Of a stretch of DNA of 64,000 nucleotides, positions 37,900 through 50,810 are shown piece by piece. Position numbers and translations under genes: made by a program. The first letter of the stretch is position 1, and each line of letters opens with the position of its first letter. Origin of the DNA: Eledone cirrhosa (taxonomy: Eukaryota); NCBI GenBank assembly GCA_964016885.1, contig OZ024742.1, positions 42,842,001 to 42,906,000 on the forward strand, written 5' to 3'. The notes below the pieces were generated by a model, which had not been told where the DNA came from, searched no databases, and saw only the letters and a program-made list of their open reading frames with translations.

Positions 37900-38150
37900 T
37901 TTGGTGAAGGTAAAGTCAGGTATATCGACCCAGAAAAAAATGAAAATCAAAATTGATCTTGGCAGAATTTGAACTCAGAAACATAATTGTTTCTTCTTTA
38001 GGCACAAGGCCAGCATTACTGGTACATTATTTTATCGACCCCCGTAAGGATGAAAGGCAAAGTCAACCTCGGCGGGATTTGAACTCAGATCGTAAAGGGA
38101 CGTAACTATGCTGGAAAGCATGGCGCCCGACCCTCTACCGATACTGCCAA
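37900..38150 (-). mobile_element. SINE copies (one partial, one near-complete)
   Basis: ttttatcgacccccgtaaggatgaaaggcaaagtcaacctcggcgggatttgaactcag, plus a degenerate copy at 37900-37985. Confidence 0.75.
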
Positions 38151-38569
38151 TAATGAGGCGGAATAAATACGTTCCATTTTGCTGGATACTATAATAATTC
38201 TGCCAATGTACCTACCTAGACAAGGGGAGGTAATTCTTAATTAAAATAAATAGCGTCTCTCTTGAAAATCAAATCTTTGCTGTTTGGTTATTTATTTTTA
38301 CTATTTCTTACAAACACATTATTCTGTTGATGTTAAGCTCCATGTCAGCGCGGATCGAGCAAACCTACCTTCTAGTCATGTCTTTCTTTTTGTGCAGGAA
38401 ATCCAGAACCATATTATACAAGGAGTTCATTTCTAAAAATCAGGGAGTGATTTGAAGGAGATTTAGCTGCTAGTTTTAGCAAGTTGAACAACCACATAAA
38501 GGTTCTCCTGTTGACTCGCAACAAACTCCGTGTTCGAAGCTTGTTACAGTTGACATATCTCATTTGATA

Positions 38570-39605
38570 AGTAGGTACTATAACACGATATAGTTCACTG
38601 TACTATGTCAATAAACTTTCTAGGCTGCCCTGCTAGGTACTACAATGGGATATAGTTCACTGCACTGCGTTCATAAACAGCTCAGTACACCCAGCTGTAG
38701 GTACCATAGCCAGATCCAAGGGCCTTGTTTCAGGAGTGTACCAGGGGACAAGCCCCCCCCCCCACCTTTCAAACGTCTATATTTTATTTTTTGTTTATTT
38801 GATATAATCAATTCTTTTTAAGCGTATTTTTTTTATATCTGAATTTGAATATATAAAATTTAATTAGCGTAAAATGTTACTTATTTGATAGGGTCCGGGA
38901 AAGGCACCATAAGCAATTTATGCTCCTTTAAGAATCAACAAATTTTGGTTTGTCCCCCTCACATTTTAAAGGCAAACGAGGCCCCTGGCCAGATCTGTTA
39001 ACTCTCCCCGACCGACCGGGAGATCTCCCACCCACTTGGGGTGGGTGAGAGATATCTTCTCTTGTGGAAATGGGTATAGCTTTCATTATGTAAAATCTCC
39101 CAATTTTGCCTCATCTCTCCCCGTTTTGGGGCCCTTTTTTCATGGTACACCCTGTTTGTGTTTGTAGAGGTTAGCAGGTCTGCACAGCGTGATATAGTTC
39201 ACTGTATTGTGTTCACAACGACGTTTCTTAACTATCAACAGCTCAGTCCACCCACCTGTATGAAGGTACCACAGATTGGTATAGTTCACAGTATCGTGTC
39301 AATAAACTACCAGTGTGATATACTCCACAGTACTATGTCCTGAAGCAGCTGAGTCCAGCTGTCTGTAATTAGGTACCACAGTGTGACATAGTTCGCTGTT
39401 TCCATAAAGAAGCTACCTGACAATCAAGAGCTCAGTCCAACCAGTTGCAGGTAGGTTCCATAATGGGGTATAGTTCATAGTATCACGTCCGTAAAGATAC
39501 TATCACCAACTTCCCAGTTCACCCAGCTGTAAGTAGATACCACAATGTGATATATAACACAGGGTAATATGTACCACAATGCGATAACTATCAACAGGTC
39601 AGTGA
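38570..39605 (+). repeat. Degenerate ~60-bp minisatellite interrupted by insertions
   Basis: aggtacyacartgygatatagttcac...agctcagtccacccagctgt recurs about 9-10 times. Confidence 0.65.
38717..38987 (-). mobile_element. MITE-like element (copy 2)
   Basis: Reverse-complement homologue of 35391-35670. Confidence 0.7.
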
Positions 39606-40189
39606 GAGACAGCAAGGACACTTTTATGAGGCCATTTGACCTTCTAGAAATAGTAGACACATAACATATAGACCACACCATACCGTAAAAAAATTGATAC
39701 ATTTTAGTATTAGCGAATGACAAAAATATGATGGTTATGGTTTAAATGGTGTTCATTAGAGATCTGATTGAATAGGGCTCTTCTGGGTCTAATCATCACC
39801 ATCATCATCAACAACACTACCATTCAGTGGTATAATTCTATATATTGTGTCTATGGCAAAGACGTTATGCGTTACACACACCCACGAACGCATCACATAC
39901 ACGGCTACACGTGCATTCCCCAGCCCTGCATTTTGCTACATTTTCGTTTGTCCTCATTTTTACCTCCTAAAACAGACATATCTCGTTCCCGTGTTTTCAT
40001 TTCAGAGGATAAATGAGCGTTCGAAACGTCATGCTATTTCAAATATTCTCTTTTTCATGTTAAATTAATATATTGTTAGTGTAATGTACTGTTCCCTGTT
40101 TCAGTTTTGGGATTTAAAAAAAAATTGATTTCCATTATATAGTGACTATATAAAGATGCCGTGTTTACACTTTATGTAAATACAGCATC

Positions 40190-40721
<532 letters not shown>

Positions 40722-41668
40722 TTTATCTAGGGCCCTTCTAAATTTGTAAGCTAATTCACCGATACAACCCCTAGAGGTGAAATAGCTTACACATTTAGAA
40801 GGGCCCTAGATAAACATAAACTCAATATTAAGATAGTAGAAAGACCAGATACCCCCGTAAAAACACTTATTAGCAAGACATACCCTTTTCAAAGACCCCC
40901 TGTATAGATAAGAAATGTATAACCTGTAAAATAAGCCCCCATATTAACTGTAAAACTAGAAATGTAGTATATAGCATAAGATGTACTGAAGGACAATGTA
41001 GAGACAAAAATATAGTGTACATAGGTGAGACAGCTCGTAGTGTAGGGGAACGGATAAATGAACACTGGCGAGACCTTCAAGATAGTAAAGAATCATCTGT
41101 ACTCTACCAACATGCTAAAATAGAACATAAGGGTAAATTAGAGAACATAGAAATAAAAATAGAATCTACACACAGAAAAGACGCAATGTTTAGACAAATC
41201 ACAGAGGCAATAAACATAAAAGAATTACAACCAAAATTAAATAGAAAATATGAGTGGAACAGCAACATCACAACTTACAATTAAGGACAAAATGAAAACA
41301 CACACGCACATAGAACAAACAACCAACCGGTAACATGTAAATAAACAAATAAATAAACGAATATAAACACACACAGACACCCGGATGTGGCGCATGCGCA
41401 GACTGAGCACACAACACACACTCAGAAACAAAATGGCGTAGGACAGAACAAAGGAGAGGCACAAAAACAAAGAAAAGAATCCCCAATCACTGAAGAGGTC
41501 ACAGAATGTGTGACGAAAGAACTTTGACAATATATAAACAACTATCTGGCTGTGGAACCAACCAACCAACCAACCAGAAATTTATAAATTTATTATAATA
41601 AATTGAAGTGAAAGCTACTGGTGCGTGTGTTTCTTATTGGCAACATGACCCTCCCAAAGTATAACAAT
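40722..41668 (+). mobile_element. 5'-truncated Penelope-like retroelement (GIY-YIG end plus pLTR with hammerhead)
   Basis: 5' foldback 40722-40760/40776-40813; GIY-YIG remnant; pLTR hammerhead CTGAAGA-ggtcacagaatgtgtgac-GAAA-gaac-TT at ~41485-41530. Confidence 0.88.
41015..41284 (+). pseudogene. Penelope GIY-YIG endonuclease C-terminal fragment
   Basis: YIGETARSVGERINEH...LYQHAKIEH...RQITEAINIKELQPKLNRKYEW carries the YIGET-R-EH and E-A-I...P-LN hallmarks of PLE GIY-YIG domains. Confidence 0.9.
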
Positions 41669-42103
41669 ATATATATAGATAGATATATATAATATATAAT
41701 AGAATTAAGATTTAACTTCATGCATAACTGTATACAGATATGTATTGGAATTTCGTATTTCTAAAGAAATACGGTATGTTTACAGGTAAACATTTAGAAA
41801 GCCGTAGCTATGCAAAACACCGGGGCTAACGCCCTCTGGTGCTGTCCAGCAGAAGCAAGAGGGACAATCGTCGATGCATTTCGAACCTAACTGGTTCTCA
41901 TGAGGGCAAACCCTCCACGCTTGCGACTGCTGGACTTGAAAACGGGTGAGAATATATGGTTTTCGCGTCTGTGAAAATGAGGTGATTAATCTCATATTTA
42001 TATATATATATATATAAATAAGCGGTAAACAAAAATAACAACACAATCAGTACAGTAAATGGAAGGAATATATTAGATTAACGCTTGAAATAGCAGGAAG
42101 AGG

Positions 42104-42141
42104 GTCTTAACATTTCGGACGCTAGTCCCTCATCAGAAGAA
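42104..42141 (-). ncRNA. Minimal type I hammerhead in a PLE end fragment
   Basis: tctt-CTGATGA-gggactagcgtcc-GAAA-tg-TT-aaga; tg is probably CpG decay of the ACGT stem III. Confidence 0.75.
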
Positions 42142-42339
42142 AGAATGAGAAATTAGAAATATAGAGGTGGTGGGCAGGGCGGAATCGGGAAAATGTTTTT
42201 AGAGAAAAATAACAGGTCCATTCATGTTGCCATCTGTTGATAAAGCGATGAAATGCCTATGATAGTTGGAAGATCACTGATGAAGGACAAACTTTTTTCA
42301 TATGTAACCCATTTGCAACTCCGCAGCGCCCTTATTATC

Positions 42340-42638
<299 letters not shown>

Positions 42639-42652
42639 TATATTTATATATG

Positions 42653-42908
42653 GGTGATTTAAAAATTTGAAAATGTGGGAATCCGAAGCGCAAAAAATAA
42701 CTGTAACACCAATCGATTGTTATAGATAATAGCTTAGAAAAGAAGTTAAAATACATCCTAAGACGGGAAGATGTGACTAGCAGTGACATTTTCCCATCTC
42801 AAGAGGTATTTTAACTGAGTTTCTAAACTATTTTCTATAACCATTGACTGCTGTTACAGTTATTTTCTATGATATTGAGCACTCATTCTCACGACCGTCA
42901 ACATCACA
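42653..42908. repeat. Imperfect foldback element
   Basis: aaaataactgtaaca/tgttacagttatttt, gttaaaatac/gtattttaac and gggaagatgt/acattttccc are nested around a centre at ~42781. Confidence 0.75.
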
Positions 42909-43071
42909 CGTGTGTATATATATATATATATATATATGCGAAACCGGTAAAGGAAACAAATAAATATTCTTAAAAAGACTCCAGTTCAGTTGCATTTTAG
43001 ATTTCTTTTCCTTATATATATATATATATATATATGAAATTTAAAGGGCATATACATATAAACTAGACAAA

Positions 43072-43119
<48 letters not shown>

Positions 43120-43210
43120 TTTGGCAACCATTCACGGTGTGGCTCAATGACGAATTAATTAAATAATTATATATGAAATTTAAAGGGCATATACATATAA
43201 ACTAGACAAA

Positions 43211-43248
<38 letters not shown>

Positions 43249-43868
43249 TTTGCAACCATTCACGGTGTGGCTCAATGACGAATTAATTAAATAATTAATA
43301 ATCAGAGCAATATATAAAAAGTAAGTCCATAGAATCATTAGATAAAATATATACATTTTTTCTTCTCCCAATCAGCATAAATCAACCACACAACAAATCA
43401 TTTAAACGAGGCTATAAGTTTAAAATATACTTATGAGGAAATAATAGATAAATGATATAGCTTTTTATCCGCGACTCACAGCTACAGAAAATTTACCTAG
43501 TATTTCTGATAGCCTGTAGAAATTGACCAGACATATAGTTAACCATACATAATTAGGTACAAAATCAAAGTTAAAAAATAAATGTACATAAACATACCAA
43601 AATCATCAAAATATCTCTACTTCCGACGGTTTCATTCACTTTTTGGATATATCCGATCTTGGATAAATCAACGAGGTTGGAAATCATCAGGAGATAAACT
43701 CAATTGGACAAATATTTTTCTTACACGATCTCCGTCAGAAACGAATTCAAAATGGCTAAGAATCGTCACGTAGCTAGTGGTTAAAGCAGAAAGTTTGTGA
43801 TTGGTGCCTGTCGGCGAGTAGGCTGGTTGCTAGAAAGCGCAGCCGGATACTGCCTAAAGCTTTACTCA

Positions 43869-43936
<68 letters not shown>

Positions 43937-44259
43937 GTGTGTGTGTATATGTATATATATTAATTAAAGGTTAACCTCTAATACTTAAACATCTCAAAGA
44001 AAGAAATCTCTCAGAGAAGCAATATTATATATTAAGATTAAATGAGAAAAAACTCTAATTCTGGGAGTATAAACAAGATAGACAAAAAAGTATTCTATCT
44101 AAATTCACTTATATATAGATCTTCCTACCATGGTTTCGTATGGGGAAGAATTCTTATTGGAACTACCAATAATTGAAGCATCCGCCACACTCTTATATCG
44201 CCTTGAATGACCCCTGAATCCATCCCGCCAGTCATTTGGACACTGCTATCTTGGTGATC

Positions 44260-45700
44260 TTCGCATGAAACGACACCCCGTTGTCCATATCAACCCTAAG
44301 GCCCTGCACTAATATTGACTCAGATTTCCATCGTCCAGAGTAATGGACTTGTGTCAGCGAGGGGCTTGACATTTCCCGGCATTAAACTGCATATTGCTAT
44401 TTTCGCCCCATTTTATATCATATCCAAATCTCATTGTAAGATAGTATCATCAATCGAATTTTGATTACCTGTGATATTTTCGCGTTGTCAGCATAGCTAG
44501 TGAGAGCAGCTGCCTTTATTATCAAGGGAATGTCTGAGAAGGCTACCACAAAGCCAGTTGCTACAATACAATGCCTTGAGGGACACTACACGTTATTAAT
44601 GTTTCCTTTGGGAGCGCTCCGTTGACTGCGACAGCCTGGCGTCTGTCTTTTAAGAAGTCATGTAACCACTCTACTAGTTTTCCAACTATGCTGAGACCAC
44701 GTTGTTTGTGACACATCATTCCAAGATCAACCTTATCGAAAGCCTTTGCATTGTCGAAATACATTACATCTACGTTTGAGCGGTCTACCAACTGTTTCAG
44801 TATCAAGTCATGATACTGTAAAAGCTGTGTGAGGCAGCTTCTTACCGAACGAAAGTTGTTCTTGGTGTTAGTAAGCTATTTTCCCCTAAGAACGGGATCA
44901 GTTTCCCGTTTATAATTCTTTTCACGACTTGGTTCATATAGGAAGTCAGAGAGAGACAGGATTGTAATTTTTAACATCTACTCTGCTTTCTCCTTTATGG
45001 ACAGGACTTATTATGCCTTTCTTTAACTTTCCGGGGTATTTAAGACATGTGAGGAGACATTGGAAGATAATATGAAGTGGTTTAGCAAAGGAATGATTTA
45101 AGGAGGAGTGTTGGAAACCTGTCAGGACCAGTAGCTGAATTTGAACCCATTTTATCTATGGCTGATATTACATTTTCCTCCTTTATATCAATGTAATTGG
45201 TGGTTGCTATTTTAGTGTAGAGCTGTGATGTCAAAGAAATCATCTGGCTTATTTATTTGTATAAGCACCTCTGGAGTGTGAAAACACTTTTGTATTGCTC
45301 ATTTAGTATTTCAGTTATCCTTTGGGGACCGCACTCAGTGAACCCTTTTGATGGAACAGTGGCCATGCCTTATAGTGTACTAAGCAAACTCTTTTGTATA
45401 TTTAAAAACGGCTTGAAGGTGTTTTTATATTTCTATAGCTTTTCTGCTCTCTCCTTTTCATGGGAGTGTTTGAGTTATGTTTCAGTTTCAATCAGCATCT
45501 ACTTCAAACGGGATCACTTACTGAGTTTTATTTGTATATTTAATCGATTTGAGATCTTTGAAATTTCTACATTTCCCGAAAGAATTTCAAAAATTGCCCA
45601 ACAATTCTAGAGTTTGTATAGAAGCTTGTTTACATCCAAGCTTTTCAGTGTACCAATCCAATTCAGACGGATTTGTTGTTAGAAGACCCTTAGCTTAATA
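44260..45700 (-). pseudogene. Degraded CR1/L2/jockey-type LINE reverse transcriptase relic
   Basis: DVMYFDNAKAFDKVD...WLHDFLKDRRQAVAVNG...SVPQGIVL (44561-44806), YAD at ~44490 and GPD at ~45125; many stops and frameshifts. Confidence 0.8.
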
Positions 45701-45859
45701 CTTAAAATCCTAAATCCTATATCGCCCATCATTTTCTGTCCAGTTGCTCATCGTCCACTCAACAGTAGAACTTACCCACGGGTGGTTTATATCACCTACG
45801 TTGGGAAATTCTTCTTTGCTGATTGATTCATTACTATTATAGTTGTCATTATGATAGTG

Positions 45860-46030
45860 ATCGGTAGAGAGTTAGATGCCATGCTTTGCGGCATAGAGTT
45901 ACAGCTCTTTACGGTCTGAGTTCAAATCCCGCACAGTTTAACTTTGCTTTTCATCCTTACGGGGTCGATCAAATAAAGTACCAGTAATGCACTATGATAA
46001 TTGCTGGTCTTGTGCCAAAAGTAGAAACAA
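45860..46030 (+). mobile_element. SINE copy
   Basis: ctgagttcaaatccc...ctttcatccttacggggtcgatcaaataaagtacc. Confidence 0.8.
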
Positions 46031-46680
46031 TTATGATAGTGATGTTAATAGTATTAATACACACATAAACACAATTCCTGTACATTTGCCATTGACTATT
46101 GAATACAACAGGCATGAATTGTTACAGTCTAAACTAAACAACGACACTCCCGATTTTGATGCGAAAGTACCACGAAATTAGTGCCTTATCCCATGATGAC
46201 CCTCAGCTTATCAAATTATATTTTAAACTTGAGTAACCCTTCTGCTAAAAAACCTGAAAGGATTCTGACTCCATATTTTTTGGCGCGAAATTACCAAAAT
46301 AATTTGATGCTTAATCACGTGATCTTCCTGAACATATCAAATTGTACTTCAAACATATAACACTACAAGCCACATTTTTATAAAAAACTGAAAGAAATTC
46401 CCAACGTCAGTTAAATGCGAGCTACATGTCGGCATAGTTACACATTTCTCCACCGGTAAAGTTATAAATTATTGTAAATAAACCTTCTTTTTCAACTGCT
46501 TTTTCCTTATATATATATATATATATATAAGTAAAAAGAAGAGACACACACTGTATTTAAGTTCGAGTGACGCAATTTCGAGTGATTAACGGCCTTTAGA
46601 CTAACCTGATCAATGAAACAATTGTTAATTCTATAAATAAAACCCTTTTTGTACAGCCGACCATGTTATTCTTCACTCTT

Positions 46681-46720
<40 letters not shown>

Positions 46721-46859
46721 CTCAGTTTGACAATCTCCCCCAACGAATGCGAGAAGGTTCTCCAGGAAAGTTAACCTGGAATCTTTAAACATCTCCCCAC
46801 CGAAGTTAACAAACAACTTACTAGATCTACCAAATCATAATATTATAAAATTAAATCAA

Positions 46860-47358
46860 ATTGTTTAGAACTACAAGTGAAGTCATTTTTTTCATTTTTT
46901 TAAATACACACACACACATATATATATATAAGTATGTATACGTACATACATATATGTATACAGACGTACAGTAGTATGTATATATATACATACATTCACA
47001 CATATATATATGTACGTATGGATTTACCGAACATTTATTATAATGCTCGGTGTGTTTGTAAACAAACATCTCGAATTAAGCCGTACAGTGTTTAGCAACC
47101 ATCGTTGCCCTTTTGTTCAACACTGACAAAGGAACGATGTACTAGTTTCAAGCTTATTAGCTATCGTCAGCACCGTATACCTTCCTGCCAGATGATTGAA
47201 CGTCTGAAAGTATATACTTTCCTTATGCATATTAACGGCTGAGCAGCCTAATTTGCATATCGAGTGAGTTAATCGGCCGGGCGCACCGATAACGATAAAC
47301 GGAAAAAATGAAACGAAGTTTCATTTCTCACTCTTAGTACGGCTGTTACTTAAATATA
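46860..47358 (-). mobile_element. Diverged copy of the 31.5-32.3 kb hammerhead family
   Basis: Homologous throughout; hammerhead on - strand 47133-47176 with a CTGACGA core and conserved GAAA-CTAG-TA-catcgtt. Confidence 0.82.
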
Positions 47359-47359
47359 A

Positions 47360-47609
47360 GAAAGAAAGAAAGAAATAAAGAAGTAAAGAAGAAAAAGAAG
47401 AAGAAGAAGAAGAAGAAGAAGAAGAAGAAGAAGAAGAAGAAGAAGAAGAAGAAGAAGAAGAAGAAGAAGAAGAAGAAGAACGAGAAAGAAACATCAAACG
47501 AAACCCGGAAGAAATCAAATAAATAAAAAAAATAAAAATAAAAATAAAAAAAAATATATAAAAAAGTAAAAAAAGAGCACGAGACAGAAAGAGAGAGAGA
47601 AAAAGATAC

Positions 47610-47680
<71 letters not shown>

Positions 47681-47717
47681 AAGAAAGAAAGAAAGAGAGA
47701 GAGTGATAGAGTGAGAG
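47360..47717. repeat. (GAA)n and (GA)n purine microsatellites
   Basis: Direct reading. Confidence 0.95.
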
Positions 47718-48792
47718 TTAAAGATAGAGAGGTGGCGCGAAGAGGGAGAAATGAATATACTGAAGAAATAACGAAAATAGAATTAAATATAGAAAGAAAG
47801 GGGAAAGAAATATAACAGAAAGTAAATTAAAACGAGAAGGAAGAAAACTAAAATTAAAAGAACGGAAAAAACAAGCAAAAAACAAAAACAAAAGCAAAAA
47901 CAAAACAAAATGAAAATCTTGGAATTCCAAAACTTCCAAGAAAATGTCGGAAAAGATCGTAAAAAGAAGAGGAATATGTTATCACAACAGTATGGCTTCC
48001 GTCAAAAGTACCCAGTTTGTTATACACATGTTACGGAAACAAAACTTCAAACAAGCAAACGATATTTTAAAACCTGTCTATCTTGTCTGCTAACCCATTT
48101 TTTTTATTATATAGAATTCTCTTTGATACTAGATTTAAATGGTGCTTTATTTTGTTGTTTGCAGATTACTCGGTGGAAAAATGATTTTCAGGCCATTTTG
48201 ATTGTTATATTCTCATGTGATTATAAAAAAAAGAAAAAAAAGATATAATTCGATTATTCTGGAACAGTGAAATATATTTCTATTCATTCAATGTTTCATT
48301 TATATTAATTTTGATGAATTCATTATTTTTGTTCTTATTTAACTTTAGAATGAAACGCGTTTTTTTTTCGTTTGTTTTTCTTTCTCCTTACAGTTTTGTT
48401 CTTTTATGTATTATATCCATCTGTTTCTGGTTCCTTCTGGTCTCACTCTCCTCAGTCAGACATTATTTGTAGAATAAACCAGAGGCGACAAAATCTCTTT
48501 CACTTCTGATACAGACTCACTCAAGTACACATACAGCTCATCGACACACACACAAGCATCACTAGTTAGCCAATAAAGGATATGAACTGAGTTCTTTAGC
48601 CCAATAAACTAGTCACCAGTTACACTTTGTTATGTAGAATTATGAACTGTACCTTCTGTGTGAACTCTATGAAAGTTAAATAAACTAGATCGTCATAAAT
48701 TTAGAGTATTCGCCTTCATTCCTATTCGCAAAGTCAGCCATCTTGAATATCAGAAAAAGTGTTTATGTAACGTTAAAAAAGATAACATATTC

Positions 48793-48935
48793 TCTATCTA
48801 TCTATCTATCTATCTATCTATCGACTAACTTTTAAATTCCATCTGTGATAACATTTTACACGTTTTTATTGTATGTAAACTTCCCCCTTTGTATTTGTCC
48901 CCTTCTTTTGTGCCCCTGTGGCTAATAAAGAAATA

Positions 48936-48976
<41 letters not shown>
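48793..48976 (+). mobile_element. (TATC)n plus 3'-UTR-only Tx1 fragment with (TATC)n tail (copy T0)
   Basis: 48821-48940 is identical to the 3' ends of T1 and T2. Confidence 0.88.
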
Positions 48977-48977
<1 letters not shown>

Positions 48978-50810
48978 ACAGCAACATCTGCTCAAGGGTC
49001 AAGGTGAACGGTTACCTCTCGGAGCCGTTCCATATTACGCGATCCATTCGACAGGGATGCCCTCTCTCCTCCCTTCTGTACGTACTGACTCTCGAGCCAC
49101 TACTGCGGAAGCTGGAGCTATTGCAGGGCATCCCTCTGGAACCGGGACTGCGGAAAGCGGCGTCGGCCTACGCCGACGACGTGACAGTAATGGTGTCGAG
49201 CGCCTCGCAAATCGAGGAAGTCGGCACCTTACTAAAGGAATACGAAAGTCTCACAGGAGCGAAGCTGAACCGGGACAAGTCCATCGGTTTGCAACTCGGA
49301 TCGTGGAGAGGCAGACCGATGCCTTCCGATGGCGTCGTCGGACGCTGGACGGAAGGACCGGTAAAGCTGCTCGGGGTCTGGTTTGGTCCGGACCTCCAGG
49401 TGGAGAAGAACTGGAACGAAGTGACGGCCAAGGTGTTTGCACTCACCCAGAAGTGGGCCGAGTGCAAACTATCCTTGAAAGGTCGAGCGGAGGTGGCGAA
49501 CACTTTTATAGCGTCCGCCATCTACTACCGCTTGACCGTCGTGCCTTGTCCAGCCAAAACGCTCGCCAAAATGGAGCGCGCCCTCTTCCGATTCCTTTGG
49601 AAGAGGCGGGCTCCTTTGGTAAGAAGATCCATCTGCTGCCAACACCCTTCTAACGGAGGGCTGGGGATGCCGTGGTTGACGATGCGCAAACACGCGCTCA
49701 GGCTGCGGCATCTCTACGTATTCCTCACCGGACAACCGGTGTGGGCCCCGTTCGTGAGGCGAGCCTTCCCACGACTCGTCTCGCTGACCGAGCTGCAGTC
49801 CTGGGTCAAGCAGAGACCGAGGAAAATGGGCGACTGGCACATCGAATGTGCTCAGGCGCTCACAGCCCTCTGGCAGGCGGACCCGGCGATCAGTGGAGAC
49901 TCCACTTCGTCATTCTATAGAGGGTTGGTCCGCAGCAAGTGCGACGACGCGCTCGGTGAAACTCTAGGCGTGGAGGAAGATGAACTGGCCAGTCTGTTCG
50001 GTAGGACCTTCCGCCCGGGACCGATGGACAACTTCCAAAAGTCCCTGGCCTGGCAGTGCTACCGAGGAGCTCTACCAGTTCGAGACAAGCTCTACAGACA
50101 TGGGCGCCCGGGCAGGGACCCTGCAAAAAAGATCTGTCCGAGGTGCGTGCGAGACGAAGAAACCGTCGCGCACGCATTCATACACTGCCCGGGCGTCACT
50201 GACCTGTGGGGATATGTAGAACGACTATTGTCGCGGGTGGGACCAATCCAGTTGACCACCGAGTCCATTGTCATGATCAAACCGCCACCCTCCTTCAAAA
50301 ACGAAGGAGAGGCGGTTTTCCTTTGTGTGATAGCTATGGCGAAAGAGGTTGTATGGTGGACAAGGTTGAAAGGGCTGAGGTCAGACACCTTTCTCTCCGG
50401 CCAACAACTGATTCTTTTTTTCAAATACCACTTTGGAAGAAGAATCAGGATGGAGAGAGAGGTGCTGTACCCCAGCAAGTTTTATGAAAGGTGGGTGAAA
50501 GTGGCGAGAACGGCCCGACTGAATGGGCCTTCTCTCTATATCAGCCTGTAGATTGAGGAAAAGGAGGAGGAGAGGAAAGGAGTACAAGCTCTTCGTACTC
50601 CTGGAGATGAGGGTTGCACATTTTTTTCGGGGGTATGTGTTACCCATATAAACTGTCTCCCTCTATTGGGGAAAATCGACTAACTTTTAAATTCCATCTG
50701 TGATAACATTTTACACGTTTTTATTGTATGTAAACTTCCCCCTTTGTATTTGTCCCCTTCTTTTGTGCCCCTGTGGCTAATAAAGAAATATATCTATCTA
50801 TCTATCTATC
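48977..50810 (+). mobile_element. 5'-truncated Tx1/L1-clade non-LTR retrotransposon (T1)
   Basis: ORF2 remnant to 50551 with IRQGCPLS, AYADD and CPRC..EETVAHAFIHC; AATAAA at 50779; (TATC)n tail. Confidence 0.93.

Noticed and set aside
43031-43296. Local two-copy tandem duplication around a (TA)n tract
   Set aside because: Real but looks like ordinary local slippage or duplication, with no structural or coding signal.
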